A stretch of DNA of 64,000 bases, from the NCBI GenBank assembly GCA_951406725.2, contig OX597814.1, positions 107,260,001 through 107,324,000 of the forward strand, given 5' to 3'. This DNA is from Octopus vulgaris. Lineage: Eukaryota. The notes under the pieces were generated by a model. The model saw nothing but the letters and a program-made list of their open reading frames with translations. It did no database searches and was not told where the DNA came from. The stretch's first letter is position 1. The number at the start of each line of letters is the position of its first letter. The position numbers and the translations under genes are program-made. Shown here piece by piece: positions 41,951 to 55,531 of the stretch.

Positions 41951-42269
41951 TCCATAATCTATTCCTCTAATCCGGCATTCTGGTTCACTAATACGTTTCA
42001 GCATGTTGTGGGTTATCTCCCTTACCTTTATTTGGTCCGCCATTTTCTTCACCATTTACTTCCCCTTTTACAAGCACAGTCTTAATTAATCGATCCAATT
42101 AATCTCCCTCCACTAATTAAACCTTTCTCTATTTTTTTATATTTTCACTTTGGGTTGAATATTTCTCAAACTCTCAATATTTTTTCAATAACGTTTCACT
42201 TTACGATGGAACAACTAAACTAACCGATCCTGCATAAAACAATCCGGTTAATATTAAGTTTAACACCAT

Positions 42270-42961
42270 GCACACACACACACACCAAACACACATACAC
42301 AGTCATGCACACACATACACACACACGATCATGCGCGCATACATACATACACACACACACACACATACACAATCACAACACACACACACACACACAATCA
42401 CAACACACACAATCACAACACAACACACACACACACACAATCACAATCACAACACACACGCACACAATCACAACACACGCACGCACACACAACACAACAC
42501 GCACACACATCACAACACAATACACAACAATCACAACACGCTCACAATCACAACACGCACACAATCACAACACACGCACACAATCACAACACACGCACAC
42601 AATCACAACACACGCACACAATCACAACACACGCACACAATCACAACACACACACACACAAATCACAACACACGCACGCACACAATCACAACACACGCAC
42701 GCACACAATCACAACACACACGCACACAATCACAACACACACACGCACACAATCACAACACACACACGCACACAATCACAATACACACACACAATCACAA
42801 TACACACACACACACAATCACAATACACACACACACACACAATCACACACACACACACAACACACACACACACACACAAAATCACAACACAAACACACAC
42901 ACAAAACACACACACACACACACACAAAATCACAACACAAACACACACACGCACACACACA
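42270..42961. repeat. (CA)n-derived minisatellite (aatcacaacacacgcacac)
   Basis: Directly visible. Confidence 0.95.
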
Positions 42962-43490
42962 GGGCTCCTTTCAGTTTCTGCTTCCCAAATCCATTCACGA
43001 AACTTTGTCACAGAACTAAAACAGAAGTCACCTTCCCATGGTGCCATGCAGTGGGACTGAACCCACAACCACAAGGCTGGAACGCAAAATCCTTGACCAC
43101 GCAGCCATAGCTGCACCTATCACAGTTAATGTTTGTGCCAATGTTTTTGCTAATGAAATCTCATTGATGAAAGTGACTCTAACTACAAAAGCTGACCAAC
43201 ATGTTTAAACTAACCAGAAACAATATAATCCCAACAGCCAGGGGGACCATTATGATTCCAGTGAGGAACCAACAGTTCTAAACTATGGCTACACTGCTGT
43301 GTCTTCCTCGAGAACATCAAGAACCATCAGATTTTAGTATAAAGATTCTAGGCCACTGATTCCTGTGTGTATCTTTAAGACAAAGGGATAAAAATAAGGA
43401 AACGTACGATTTAATTTTACAGTTCTATATTTAAAAGATGAGGGATTATGTACATTATTTACATTATTTACATTTGATGGATTGCTGTCC

Positions 43491-43856
43491 TAAGTAGTGA
43501 TCGTGATACACACCACGAAGAAATAATCAAGCTCAATAATGATCTATTAAGCAACAACTACCCCAAAAGCATGCTCTCCACTCCAATTATGAGGAAAAGA
43601 TGGGATGAAACCAATAAACTGTCCAGTCTGTCTACCCTATGTGAAAGGCCTCTCTGAAAAGATATAAAAGTTATGCAGCCCATATGACATTAGGACAGTA
43701 TTCAAGAGTAATACAACACTTCGCAAATATCTCCTTTGGGTAAAACCACCGATAGAAGAGAATATGACCAAAGACTGCGTGTACTCCATCCCATGCAGCT
43801 GTGGTAGGTTATACAAAGGCGAAACATGCCGCCCCCTCAAAATAAGGGTACAGGAA
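43491..43856 (+). mobile_element. Penelope-like element fragment (RT C-terminal linker + GIY-YIG endonuclease)
   Basis: LPYVKGLSEKI*KLCSPYDIRTVFKSNTTLRKYL...DCVYSIPCSCGRLYKGETCRPLKIRV; contains a stop and frameshift. Confidence 0.85.
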
Positions 43857-44257
43857 GAATTTAAGGAGGTTGTATCTATCTATCTATCTTTTCACCTTCC
43901 TTCTTGTCTATTCATGGGTTGTTATTACTTCCGCCTTAGCGAAGGCAGAGGTATTGTTTTCAGTTACATCTGTTTGTTTGTTTGTCCATGGACAAGATAT
44001 CTCAAGAACCACTGGATGGATTTGGATGAAACTTTCAGGAATGTTTGGCCTCATGACTAGCATGAATTGATTAGATTTTGGGATCAATCCAGTACCAAAC
44101 AAGGATTCTGAATTATTTTTCCAGTTTTTTTTACTTAATTTTTAAGAGCAGTTGAGTTTATTTCAGATATTCTCATTTTAAAAATCATCTGTGGCTAATC
44201 ATTGAGAGGACATTGGTGTTGCCTTGGCAGAGGTTTACACTCTCTGAGTGCTCTTAT

Positions 44258-44625
44258 TGTTGTTGTTATTATTATTATTATTATTAACATCATCATTATT
44301 ATTATTATTATTAACATTATTATTATTATTATTAACATCATTATTATTATTATTAACATCATTATTATTATTATTATTATTATTATTAACATCATTATTA
44401 TTATCACTATTATTATTATTATTAACATCATTATTATTATCATTATTATTATCATTATTATTATTATTAACATTATTATTATTATTAACATGATTATTAT
44501 TATTAACATGATTATTATTAACATTATTATTATTATTAACATCATTATTATTATCATTATTATTATTATTATCATCATTATTCTTATTATCATTATTATT
44601 ATTATTATTATCATTGCTATTATTT
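44258..44625. repeat. (ATT)n microsatellite with periodic AAC/ATC
   Basis: Directly visible. Confidence 0.95.
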
Positions 44626-44670
44626 ATGGTCTGTGTATAATTAAATTTTCTAATATATTTGAAATTTTAG

Positions 44671-44736
44671 TCAAAAGAAGCCAAACCTGAAGAACCGGCT
44701 GAGAAAACTGAAGAAGCTGCAGAAAATGCAGAATGA
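44671..44736 (+). CDS. VAT1L: Stop-containing exon (SKEAKPEEPAEKTEEAAENAE*)
   Basis: ttttag acceptor, phase 0, Glu/Ala/Lys-rich peptide ending TGA; gtaaga donor at 44759. Confidence 0.82.
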   Translation, partial: SKEAKPEEPAEKTEEAAENAE

Positions 44737-47700
44737 ATAAAAGATTTGAAAATTAATGGTAAGAACGTTGCTGTTGTCTTCGTCTGTGTCCAATTTGGAG
44801 GGAGGTGTAATGTAGGTGTGATGAACATGTGGGAAGAGTGAAACATGCCTACATGGACACACACGCACACACACACCAATTGTCTTTCATGTCCACGAGC
44901 AAGTTGAAGAGTGAAACACACACTCGCACACATACAAATGCATGTCTTCTGTTTTCACGAACCGCTTATGTTTTTTTTTTTTTTGTGTATGTATGCACAT
45001 ATGCGTTTATGTGCATGTATATGTGAGATTAAAGAAATAATTTTTTACAGAAATTTTCATTTCAGTTTTGTGATACCATCTCCGAAGGAATGCCTGTGTG
45101 TGGCATATCTGTTGTCAGGTGTGGTGTGTGTATATGGTGTGGTGTGGTGTGTATAGTTTGGTGTGTATGTGTGTAACTATTACACACACACATACTCATA
45201 CACACTAATACACTTGTCTATAAAGTATTGTGATATCATTTTTAATTCTTCATCAAATTGGCTTTGCTGGATTTTCTATTTAATAATTTGGAACTTTCTA
45301 TTCTCTGACACTCCAGATAAAAATTGAAGATTTCAGATTTACCTGCTGAATAACTCATTTAAATCACACACATATTTGTGAAGTTGGTGGGGGAGGGGCC
45401 AGATAGAATGTTACCAAAAAAAAATGCAAAACGATCAATCCTCAACATTAAGGATATCTCTTTTATTTGTTTCAATCATTTGACTGTGGCCATACTGGAG
45501 CACCGCCTTTAGTCGAGCAAATCGACCCCAGGACTTATTCTTTGTAAGCCTAATACTTATTCTATCGGCCTCTTTTGCCAAACCACTAATTTACAGGGAC
45601 GCAAACACACCAGCATCGGTTGTCAAGCGATGTTGGGGGGACAAACACAGATACACAAACACACACACACACACACACACACATACATATATACGACGGG
45701 CTTCTTTCAGTTTCCCTCTACCAAATCCACTCACAAAGATTTGGTTGGCCTGAGGCTATAGTAGAAGACACTTGCCCAAGGTGCCACACAGTGGGACTGA
45801 ACCCAGAACCATGTGGTTCATAAGCAAGCTACTTACCACACAGCCACATATTTATTTATTCAATACATTGTTGTTGTACTTTTTGTTAGGTTTTGTTGTT
45901 GTGTTTTCATCTTTTGTAGTAATTTATGGAAGTTTTGTGAATGTCTTTTATTCAAGCTTCACCTCAATGACCAGTGTAGCATGAACCTTTTTTATGTCAT
46001 AAATGTTTGCTATTTTCGCAGTGAAAAACACTTTCTGACATTTAGCATTTGTTTGAATCCCTATTGTTTTCATATTTCAAAGTTTGTCATTTTAGCAATT
46101 TCAAATATAGACTTTGATATTTCCTGTCAAAAGCATTTTATCTAAACTGAAGATGACGCTTACATGAAAACTTTTTAATTTGAGCAAATAAGGAATATTC
46201 ATCTAAACAGTAATCCCAATTTAAATGTTTTGACACAAAATATTATGTGTCTTGTGTCAAAATAAATGATTTAATTTCAGTTGTAATATCTGAGTCTACC
46301 AATGGCGTTACTCTACTACTTCTATGAGCTACAACCAAGTAGGTTAGTAGAACAAAAATGGGTGATTATTGAATAAAAGCTCTCAACTACATTAATACTT
46401 AAATTTCAGTCAGCCTTGCTCTGGCAGTGTTTAACTTTATAGCAACACCTGGTTGAAGTTATTATCGCCAGCTTAAGCAGGGAGTTGTTGTTGGCTGAAT
46501 TCAGGTGTTGGTGACTTATCTCGTATTTCTTAGAGGAATTTTTCCAGGTACTGTCCGAAGGTTATGGAATCTTTATCCTTCTTTGATTTATTGATGGATC
46601 ATGCTGAAAAGAACCTAACTTGTTGAGGGTAAAAAAGAAAAGTAAAGGTCATCACAATGGGGACAAGTAGGAAAACAAACTGGACAAATATAAATTGGTC
46701 ATTTGGGTGTTGAATTTTTACTTCAGCACTTTTTTGTTGAACCATTGTGTTTCTGTATGGCATGGTTGTTTCCTTTTATTGCACTCACACTTATGCTCTG
46801 CAATTCATTCACATATGCTACACTATGTCTCTCCTGTATGGATTGTGGTTCCATTTCTACATTCTCTCCATACATTTCATATGACTCTTTCCAAATATAA
46901 TAACTAAACAGAACTTATCATAGAATGTCTTGTTACTAAACAGAACATGTTAAATAACATTTTGTCTTTTTTTGCAGGCCAAAGACACAAGAACCATCAT
47001 GCAGAGACAAAAGTGTTTTCCAGTTTACCATTTTAAGCCACCTTATTTCCAGCTTGTTTTCCAAACACCTAAATACTGTTGCTACTGCTGTTCCATAATA
47101 AAACAGAAGAATGCCATGACCACCACCACCACTCCCACAGCCACCACTCCCCACACACTTCCTTTTGGTATTACTGGGCTGTTGTTTTTGTTATTGTTGT
47201 TGTCTCGATGCTGGTCCAAGTTGTCTTTTGATGTATTTGTAACAACTTTTCTGGTTTAGTTTAGTCAAATATTCACTTGAATTATTTCTATCGACTTGAA
47301 CAGCTAATAGAAGAAAAAAGAAAGTTCTAGATTGAAACTAATTTCTTTGTTTTTTGGGGATTTTTTGTTTGTGTTTTTTTCTTTTAATTAACTCTTGAAA
47401 AAATTATTTGGGTATTTTCATTAATTGTTCATTTCATTTACTGCTATTTCTTCTTCTTCTTATTATTATTATTAAAGGCAGTGAGCTGGCAGAATCGTTA
47501 GCACGCTGGACGAAATGCTTAGCAGTATTTCGCCCATTGCTACTTTTTAGGTTCAAATTCCACCAAGGTCGACTTTGCCTTTCATCCTTTCAGGGTCGAT
47601 AAATTAAGTACCAGTAAAACACTGGGGTCGATGTAATCGACTAGTCCCCTCCCCTCAAATTTCAGGCCTTGTGCCTAGAATAGAAATAATAATAATTATT

Positions 47701-50700
47701 ATTATTATTGTTAATGTGGTGAACTTGCAGAATCTTTAGTGTTGGTAAAAATGCTTAGTGGCATTTCTTCCAGCTCTGAGTTCCGAGTTCAAATTCCACC
47801 AAAGTCAACTTAGCCTTTCATCCTTTCAGAGTTGATAAAATCAAGTACCAGTCAAATACTGGGGTCGATGTAATCGACTTTCCCACATTACTTCCCTCAA
47901 AATTGCTGGCCTTTTGCCAAAATTTGAAACCATTATTATTATTATTATTATTATTTGTTTTTGTCCAATGGTATCATATTGTTTCATTATTTTTATCTGG
48001 TTATTGTATTTTTTTCCCTCTTTAAAAATCTTGGAATCAGTCCTACCAAGATTCTTGTAATAATGTGAACGCTGTCTGAAAGAACCACAAGTTGTTAGTT
48101 CAATAGATTGCATTTCGGTAGATTGAATTTAGCCGTAGATTTTGCCATCAGTTCTTTTGGATTCATAAAATATTCTCAAATATTTTCATTCTTTTGTCTC
48201 CCAATATTTTTCCCAAATTTAAAACTAATTTTCAATAAAGTTTCAAAGAACTTTGAATAGATTTAATATATCTTATTAAGATATATCGGTATTTAGAATA
48301 TTACTGGGTTTTACAAATAGGTTTTGATTTAGTTTCAAATTAGTTTTTGTTTATAAAATTGTATATTTTTGAAATGATAGAAAGTATCCAAGAATTGGTC
48401 ATTCTTTTACTTTTTTTTTTTTCTTGATTGAAAATGTAATCAAAAAACTGCAACTGGAATTTTAACTGATTTTGAATTAGTCAATATGAAACATATATCC
48501 TTCCCTACAGCAGTTGACGGCACAACTTTGGGTTAAAATCACTTAGCCTACTCTTTGTTAACTAGTTTATTCCTTATTTTAGTTAATTAGTTAGTATTAA
48601 CAAAGAAATATACTGGTATATTTTCTTTTATATTCAAAGACAATCTGTTACCATTCCAGAGTGAAAAGCAGGGCAAGCTGATAAACCAAGCACAAAAATC
48701 ATTTATTTAAAAAAACCCTAGAATTGTTTCTATCACTTAATATTAACTTTTTTTGTTGAAAATATTCCTAATGAAATACACTGCTTTTATTTTTAATGAA
48801 TTTCGAAAGTAATCAAGAATTTTGTTTGTAATTAAGCTGGGTTTTTTAAAACTAAACTTCACAAAAGTTCTTACGTAAGATTGAATGATACTGCCCAGGT
48901 GTCAAAAACATAGTGATATCTGTTAGGCAGCTGAGGATGGGAATGCACATATGTTACGCTTGATTGTGAATTTCTTATCTCAATTTCGTTATCCTGAGTT
49001 GTCCTTCCTTCTTGTAAAATGGAAAATGTTTGTAGATTCATAGTTTATGATTGCTTATTTTGGTATTGTTGGGTTTTCTTCATATGTAACCTAATTAGGC
49101 TTAGACAATACTTAAATATTGGTGTCTAGGTTTGGGAGGTTCTGTGGCATAAGATTAAGGTTTGTAATTTATGGACACTTCAAAATGGAAGATTTTAAAT
49201 GATAGAAGCCAAGGTGGACTCAGACAGATACGTATTTAATGGCTTAATGCTTTTAATACCAACCTGCCTGAGATCACCTTTGGAACTGTGATACACTTCC
49301 TATTTTGAAATGATCTGAATTAAAACCTTCCATCAAAATTTCATGTTAATTTGTTCCAAACACCAGCTTAATAATGACGGTTATTATTTAACTAAATTCT
49401 TCATTATTTTCGAAATTGATTGAAACAAAGACAGTGTATTTCAACAAGAATATGGTAAAGACAGAAATAAAGAACTGATAAAGCTGTTCTGATAGTATTT
49501 AAGTTTTCAAAATAGTAAGTAGATTCTTCATAGACAACAACTTGTTGGTTTCAGTGTGTCTCATCTTGTTAAGGATTTTTGGCTGAGTAATGTTCAGTTC
49601 ATTGCCAAATTGAATATTTCTACAATGGACTGTTTGGAAATCTGATAAATGAAAGGAATATAGTGACAATTATATTTAACTGAGTTATTACACACACATG
49701 CGCCTACTGAAAAAGTAAAATTAAGTATTTATGCAAGAAAATGCAATACTGAGCCATGGAATATATTTATAGATTTTAGACAGTTATATTCTGAAATACA
49801 GATTGGCAAAGAAATACTGGTAATTCAGAAGTAGATAATTAATTAATCTAGAAACTGAAACAAAATTAAATAATTTTTTAATTAAGTCTGTCTTCTCCTA
49901 TGTAAAACGTGTTAAATTAAATTTGTTTTTATTTCTTTAAAATCTTCTATTTGTAATTTTTTTTCTTTCCATTAAAGAATGGCCTGGTATTTGTGTTTAA
50001 CTGAATGGTGTTTCTAGTTGCCTTTTTTTTTTTTTTAAATGAAATAGTGCAAGGCAGAAGATTAAATTTCTGAAAAAAAAAATTCTCTTCAATAAAATGA
50101 AAATTGTTGCCAAAAATGAAATATATTCAAATTGGAATTGATATAATTTTTATAAATTGATATTTTTGAATTAAAACACTTTGAATTAAGAAACTCTAAT
50201 TATTTAATTTTGTTTTATTTAAAAATGGGAATATTTTGTGAAAGAACAAAAAGAAAAAAAAGCAAGGTTTTCTTTAAGGATTTTTCTATAAATTCTTCAG
50301 AAGTTTTTAGAATCTTTGCATCTATTATTTTTACCAAAATATTTTAGTTTTACAAACATTATTTTTTACAATTATTTTTTTATTACCTAAAATTCTTTTT
50401 TTTTTCTTTTCTCAAATTTAGAAATATGAAGCAAATAATTTTAATAAAAAATTGAGAATCTAAGAAAAAATATTTGGTATTTTTCATAGACAAAAAATTT
50501 CTTTTTATTATTATTTTTGTCTTTATTGGTGAATTAAAAGAATTTTCGAACTTTTATCAGTTCTTGATAAATTTCTTATTGTTTGACTTTTTGAAGATTG
50601 ATTGAAAGTGTTATTGATCTCATGTTCAATGATCTCATAAAACTAATGTTATTTTTCACATATATTGACGAATTGAATTTCAGAACTACAATAGTGAATA

Positions 50701-51233
50701 CAGCCAGGGAGGATAAAAGCAGGAATTATTTACATTTAATTATTTTTTATAAATATTTAAATATGCTGTAATATTTAAGTAATTGTGAATATATATTTAA
50801 ATATTCAAATAATATTTAAATAGTTATTTAAATAATTAATGTTTAAATATTTAATAACATTTATTTAGGTAATCAATATTTATTTTATTTTATTTATGAC
50901 TTCGTGTCAAAATTTGAAACCAACATTTTCCTTTATTTATATATTCAAATTATATTTCATCAATATTTAAATATTGAATTTATTGCTTTCTGTATGATTA
51001 GCCAGATTTTTAGATTTAGAAATTTGAAATATAAATGAATTTGAAATTTGTTAAAATTTGTCTGAAATGTGTTAAGCCTGGGCTTATGACTTGCTTCATA
51101 TTGTTTACAAAATAAAAACTTCTTGTCTTGGCAGTATTTTTGTGATGTAGTTTACAAGATTTGACATAAGCTGGCACAGTTTTGCTCATAAATATATTCC
51201 AGAAACGTGTAACCATTTAAAAAAAAAAATCAT

Positions 51234-51403
51234 TTAACCCTTTAGCATTCAGGTTATTCTGTCAAGTGTAATGCTTATTTATTGACATTATTTTGAAGTA
51301 ATTGTGCATTAGATTTTAACGATGTGGTTGTTTATTTTTAGAATAGCATTGTAAGATAGGTGTGAAAAGCTGGATCTGACGAGTTTAAACGCAAAAGGGT
51401 TAA
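51234..51403. mobile_element. TTAA-bounded MITE (ttaaccctttagcatt...aaagggttaa)
   Basis: Terminal inverted repeats; partial copies near 8810, 28680, 35000. Confidence 0.7.
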
Positions 51404-51600
51404 ATCATTAAAAACATCAAAAAAGTCTGTTTTTGAAGTGTTCAACTGATTGCTGTTTCTGTCCATGTCTGTTTATATTTATTTATTTTTGGTAACTTTA
51501 CTTGTAATATTGTATTCTAAATATTGTGTGAAATATTAAAGTGTAACTTGGGATCAAAATTCATGTTCTGGTATTCCTTCCTCAATTGGTTCCTTTAGAT

Positions 51601-51881
51601 CAGTGGTTCTCAACCATTCTTTTTACCTATGGACCTATTTTATTTTGTTGGACCCCCACAGCCATTCCATGTTTAAAAACTAGTTTTATCGATACTTCTT
51701 TCCAAATTCCTATTTTGCTTATCTACACATTCACTTGTGTTAGTTAAACAATGTAAAAGATCAGGGAAAGAAATCTGTTCCTTGCAATAGATACATCGGA
51801 AATAAAATTTTCTTCATGAATTCATGAAATACTCATATGGACCCCAAAAAATCTTTTACAGGCCTTGGTTGAGAACCCCTG
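51601..51881. mobile_element. hAT-Charlie-like MITE
   Basis: TIRs cagtggttctcaacc / ggttgagaacccctg; flanks ctttagat / ctttaatt; decayed relative near 7425-7640. Confidence 0.8.
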
Positions 51882-54844
51882 CTTTAATTATTCTTTAAAT
51901 TGGAATAGTTTAACTTTAAATCATTTCAGTATCCAAAATATTGATGCTCTACTTCTGGTAAAAATACCAAAGTATTTTGTTAGCCATTAAAATAAGCTAA
52001 AAAAAAAAACATTTCATAAGAATCTTCAATTTCATTTTCCAAAGAGTAGACATGTAGCTGCCTCTCGTATATTGTAGTTGCTTCTTAGAAAAACTATTTT
52101 GTTTCTGTTACCGACATCCTCCTAAATGTATTCTTTAAAATTTGAATTACTAGTTAATTTAATGAAAATTAGAATTAACTACTGCGTAAAATATGAAGAC
52201 TTAATGTAATTGCCGTGGAATTGTTGTTTCAATGTCTTGTAGATTCCTCTTTGAAATTCTTGTTGGTTTTGTTAGGCTCAGCTGTTATTGAATGGTTCAA
52301 CTTTATGACTATATATTTAATATTTTTCATGTGTGTGGTATATGTGTGTCTGTGTGTGATATTGATGTTTGTTTCTTGTGTCAAGTTGTGTATAAAAACA
52401 ATTTAATTCTAAACTAAAAAATTACTTGATTCCTTTTAGTAGAGTACATATTTAACTTTCATAAGAAAAAAGGTTGACAGTAACTTCAAATTTTCAACTT
52501 GTTTGCCTTTGACAAACTGATGAAGGCAAACAAGATAAAGCTTCAAAGTCACTGTGATTCTTTTTCCTTGTAAAAGTTTTATCAAAATGTTTGTGTGAGA
52601 GAATTTAAATCTAATTTTCAATATATTTCTAATTTAGAATTATATAATCCATGACATTTGATCTTAGATTAATGAAAATGCCTCAGATTTTATTTTTGCA
52701 AACTTAGAAACTTTGGCTAATCATAATTATAATTTATCGTTCTCTTGAATATTTTTTTCCTTCTTTTTCTTTTTTTGTTATTTGGAAAAGACCAAATTAA
52801 CTTTTAAATTTCTTTATTTTCACATTCCAGAAACTTTAAAAAGGTTTTTATTACTCTTATCCTTTTTTTAAAATGGTAAAAGGTTAATTCATTTTTTCTC
52901 TCTCCCCACTTCAGTATTTATACCATAACAAACTGAAATTTTGAAAGGAAACTAGAGGACAAAGTGGTCACATGTTCTCTCATTATCCTCCTTCTCTAGT
53001 GCAAAAAAAGTAATCTTTTATATCTCTTGTTGTACACAAATGGAGCAGTATAAAATAGCCATCTACGTATCATACTCAACTTATATACACAGTTGGTAGG
53101 CAAGGTGCTGCAGTTTTCATCTGAGATAGTTCTGTGTTAGAAGCACAGTATATACTGGAGGGTGATGAAAAATTGTCCTGGCAGCAGCTAGAGAACGAAA
53201 GATGCATTTCAGCATTCTTGAGGCTCATCAACAATATGTACGTGTAGCCATATCCCTAGACAAGATTTGTTACCTCTGATATAGAAAGCAAGGAAAAATG
53301 CAGTCACAGATTCGTGAAGAGCTACTGGGTCGTATAAAAACAAAGCACAATTCCCTCTGGGTGCATGACCATAATACCATTGACAAGGCCCCAAATGCTA
53401 AAATGTATCTGGTGTTAACATTAACCACTGCTGGAGCATTTTTTTTTGTTTCCCTTCAATATATAATGTTTTTAACATGCCACATCCTTAAGAGATTTTA
53501 TCTTAGATGAAAGCCACAGCATCTTTCCTGTCAATATTGCGTATACATTAAAAGCATGATATGGAAATAGCTATTTTAATACTTTTATATATTTTTGTTG
53601 TTTTCAGTTTTATCTCTTCTAGGTCTGGCCCCAAGTCACACATGGCTCTGACTGCATATAAGGGCTTACAATTTTTGATAAACCTCCCAGCTATGTCAGT
53701 AAAAAAAAGTCAATCAATTTTAAAAGAAAAATTGGATTTCTTAAATTTTGAATTGTTAATGGAAAAGAAATTGAATCTCAATAGTGAATCTTTTTTATTT
53801 GTTTTTTATTATAAACATAGTAGCTATATTTTCAACTGTTTATTGTTATCATGATTTTCTGTTTCTGTTACAAAGATAGTAGCTATATTTTCAACTGTAT
53901 ATTGTTATCATTCTTATGAAATAAATACAAGTGGCATCTTAAAGCTATTGTTTTCATTTCTCTATAATGTTATCTATCTATCTATATATATATATATATA
54001 TATATTAGCAGCTAAGCCCGGTTCCACCCGGTCGGTTTGGATGATGTGGCTGTAAAACCTGCTCTGTGTAAGCATTTGGTTTGTTTGGGCACGCTTACGT
54101 TAAAAACAATTTTAGAATGACTTTTCTGTAAAAACACTAAAAATAATATCAATAAAAAAACACCAACCAAATAAAAAAAAACCAAATACCGAGCAAACAA
54201 GAGGAACCATCCCACTTCTATTGCATGTGAGCACAGACACACACATTCACATACCTACCCTTTTACATACATAAATACAAGAGTATTATTATAGTAGATT
54301 ATCTTGGTAACCATGGGAGCTATGAAAAAATACAAAGCCCAGCATCACCATTGGATCATTCTACACATCTGTGTAATTTTTCAGGCAATTCCATCCAGCC
54401 ATTTGACCGTGAATTGCGGGACAAGAAAGACACCTGATGAAGGCTGGAGGGTATATCAGCCAAAACATGTTAACAACAAACAAGATGGGGACAAATATCC
54501 ATCAAATGTAAATAATTCCTCATCTCTTAGTTATAGAACTATATTGGGCAAGTGTCTTCTACTATAGCATCGGGCTGACCAAAGCCTTGTGAGTGGATCT
54601 GGTAGACAGAAATTGAAAGAAGCCTGTCGTATATATGTGTGTGTGTGTGTCCCCCTAACATCGATTGACAAAAGATGCTGGTGTGTTTACTGCCCCTGTA
54701 ACTTAGCAGTTCAGCAAAAGAGACAGAATAAGTACTAGGCTTACAAACAATAAATCCTGGGGTCGATTTGCCTGACTAAAGGCTGTGCTCCAGCATGACT
54801 GAAGTCAAATGACTGAAACAAGTAAAAGAATATAATGTCTTTTG

Positions 54845-55215
54845 TGGAGGTACAATGGCTCAGTGGTTAGGGCAGTGGACTCACGGTTGTAGGATTGCAG
54901 TTTCGATTCCCAGATCGGGTGTTGTGAGTGTTTATTGAGCGAAAACACCTAAAGCTTCACAAGGATCCGACAGGGAGTGGTGGCGAACCCTGCTGTACTC
55001 TTTCACCACAACTTTCTCTCCCTCTTTCTTCCTGTTTCTGTTGTACCTGTATTTCAAAGGGGCCAGCCTTGTCACGCTGAATCTCCCCTAAGAACTACAT
55101 TAAGAGTACACGTGTCTGTGGAGTGCTCAGCCACTTGCACGTTAATTTCATGAGCAGGCTGTTCCGTTGATTGGATCAACTGGAACCCTCATTGTTGTAA
55201 GCAATGGAGTGCCGT
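54845..55215 (+). mobile_element. tRNA-derived SINE
   Basis: A-box tggctcagtgg, B-box gtttcgattcc; 3' part shared with 9535-9840. Confidence 0.8.
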
Positions 55216-55263
55216 GAATATGTCCATTACATGTACACCTGCTTGTTATTACAAATACCTTAG

Positions 55264-55531
55264 TATATGGTGTAGTGGTTAAGAGCGCAGAGTACTAACC
55301 CCGAGATTCCAAGTTCGATGCCAGGCATTGACCTGAATAATAATAAGAAGAAAAAGAACAACAACAACATTAAAAAATACTTTAGGAATGAGAACCCAGG
55401 TTTGCAATTTCCCCAGGACTCCTGAAGAAGGCTGGAGGGTATATCAGGCAAAACGTTGTGTTATCAAGAAACAAGATGAGGACAGATATCCGTCAAATGT
55501 ACATAAGTCCTCATCTCTTAAATATAGAACC
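55264..55531 (+). mobile_element. tRNA-headed SINE with Penelope-linked tail containing a hammerhead-like motif
   Basis: A-box tggtgtagtgg, B-box gttcgatgcc; CTGAAGA-a-ggctg...caggc-AAAAC-GTT-gtgtt; second copy on minus strand 57425-57953. Confidence 0.75.

Larger units (their letters stand above)
46978..53950 (+). other. Putative terminal exon / long 3' UTR of the VAT-1-like gene
   Basis: Strong acceptor ttttgtctttttttgcag ending 46977; AT-rich, comparatively SINE-poor tract; AATAAA at 53920 with T-rich downstream sequence. End point uncertain (several other AATAAA). Confidence 0.45.

Noticed and set aside
41483-42085. Ser/Pro/Leu-rich and Arg/Glu/Gly-rich ORFs
   Set aside because: CT-rich minisatellite.
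44195-44690. Poly-Ile and poly-Leu ORFs
   Set aside because: (ATT)n microsatellite.
53152-53400. Possible mariner 5' end
   Set aside because: Weak TIR and N-terminal resemblance; too decayed to call.
55264-55335. Possible tRNA gene (likewise 4310-4380, 30130-30200, 54845-54915)
   Set aside because: A/B boxes continue into multicopy repeat bodies and the cloverleaf is imperfect; these are SINE heads.
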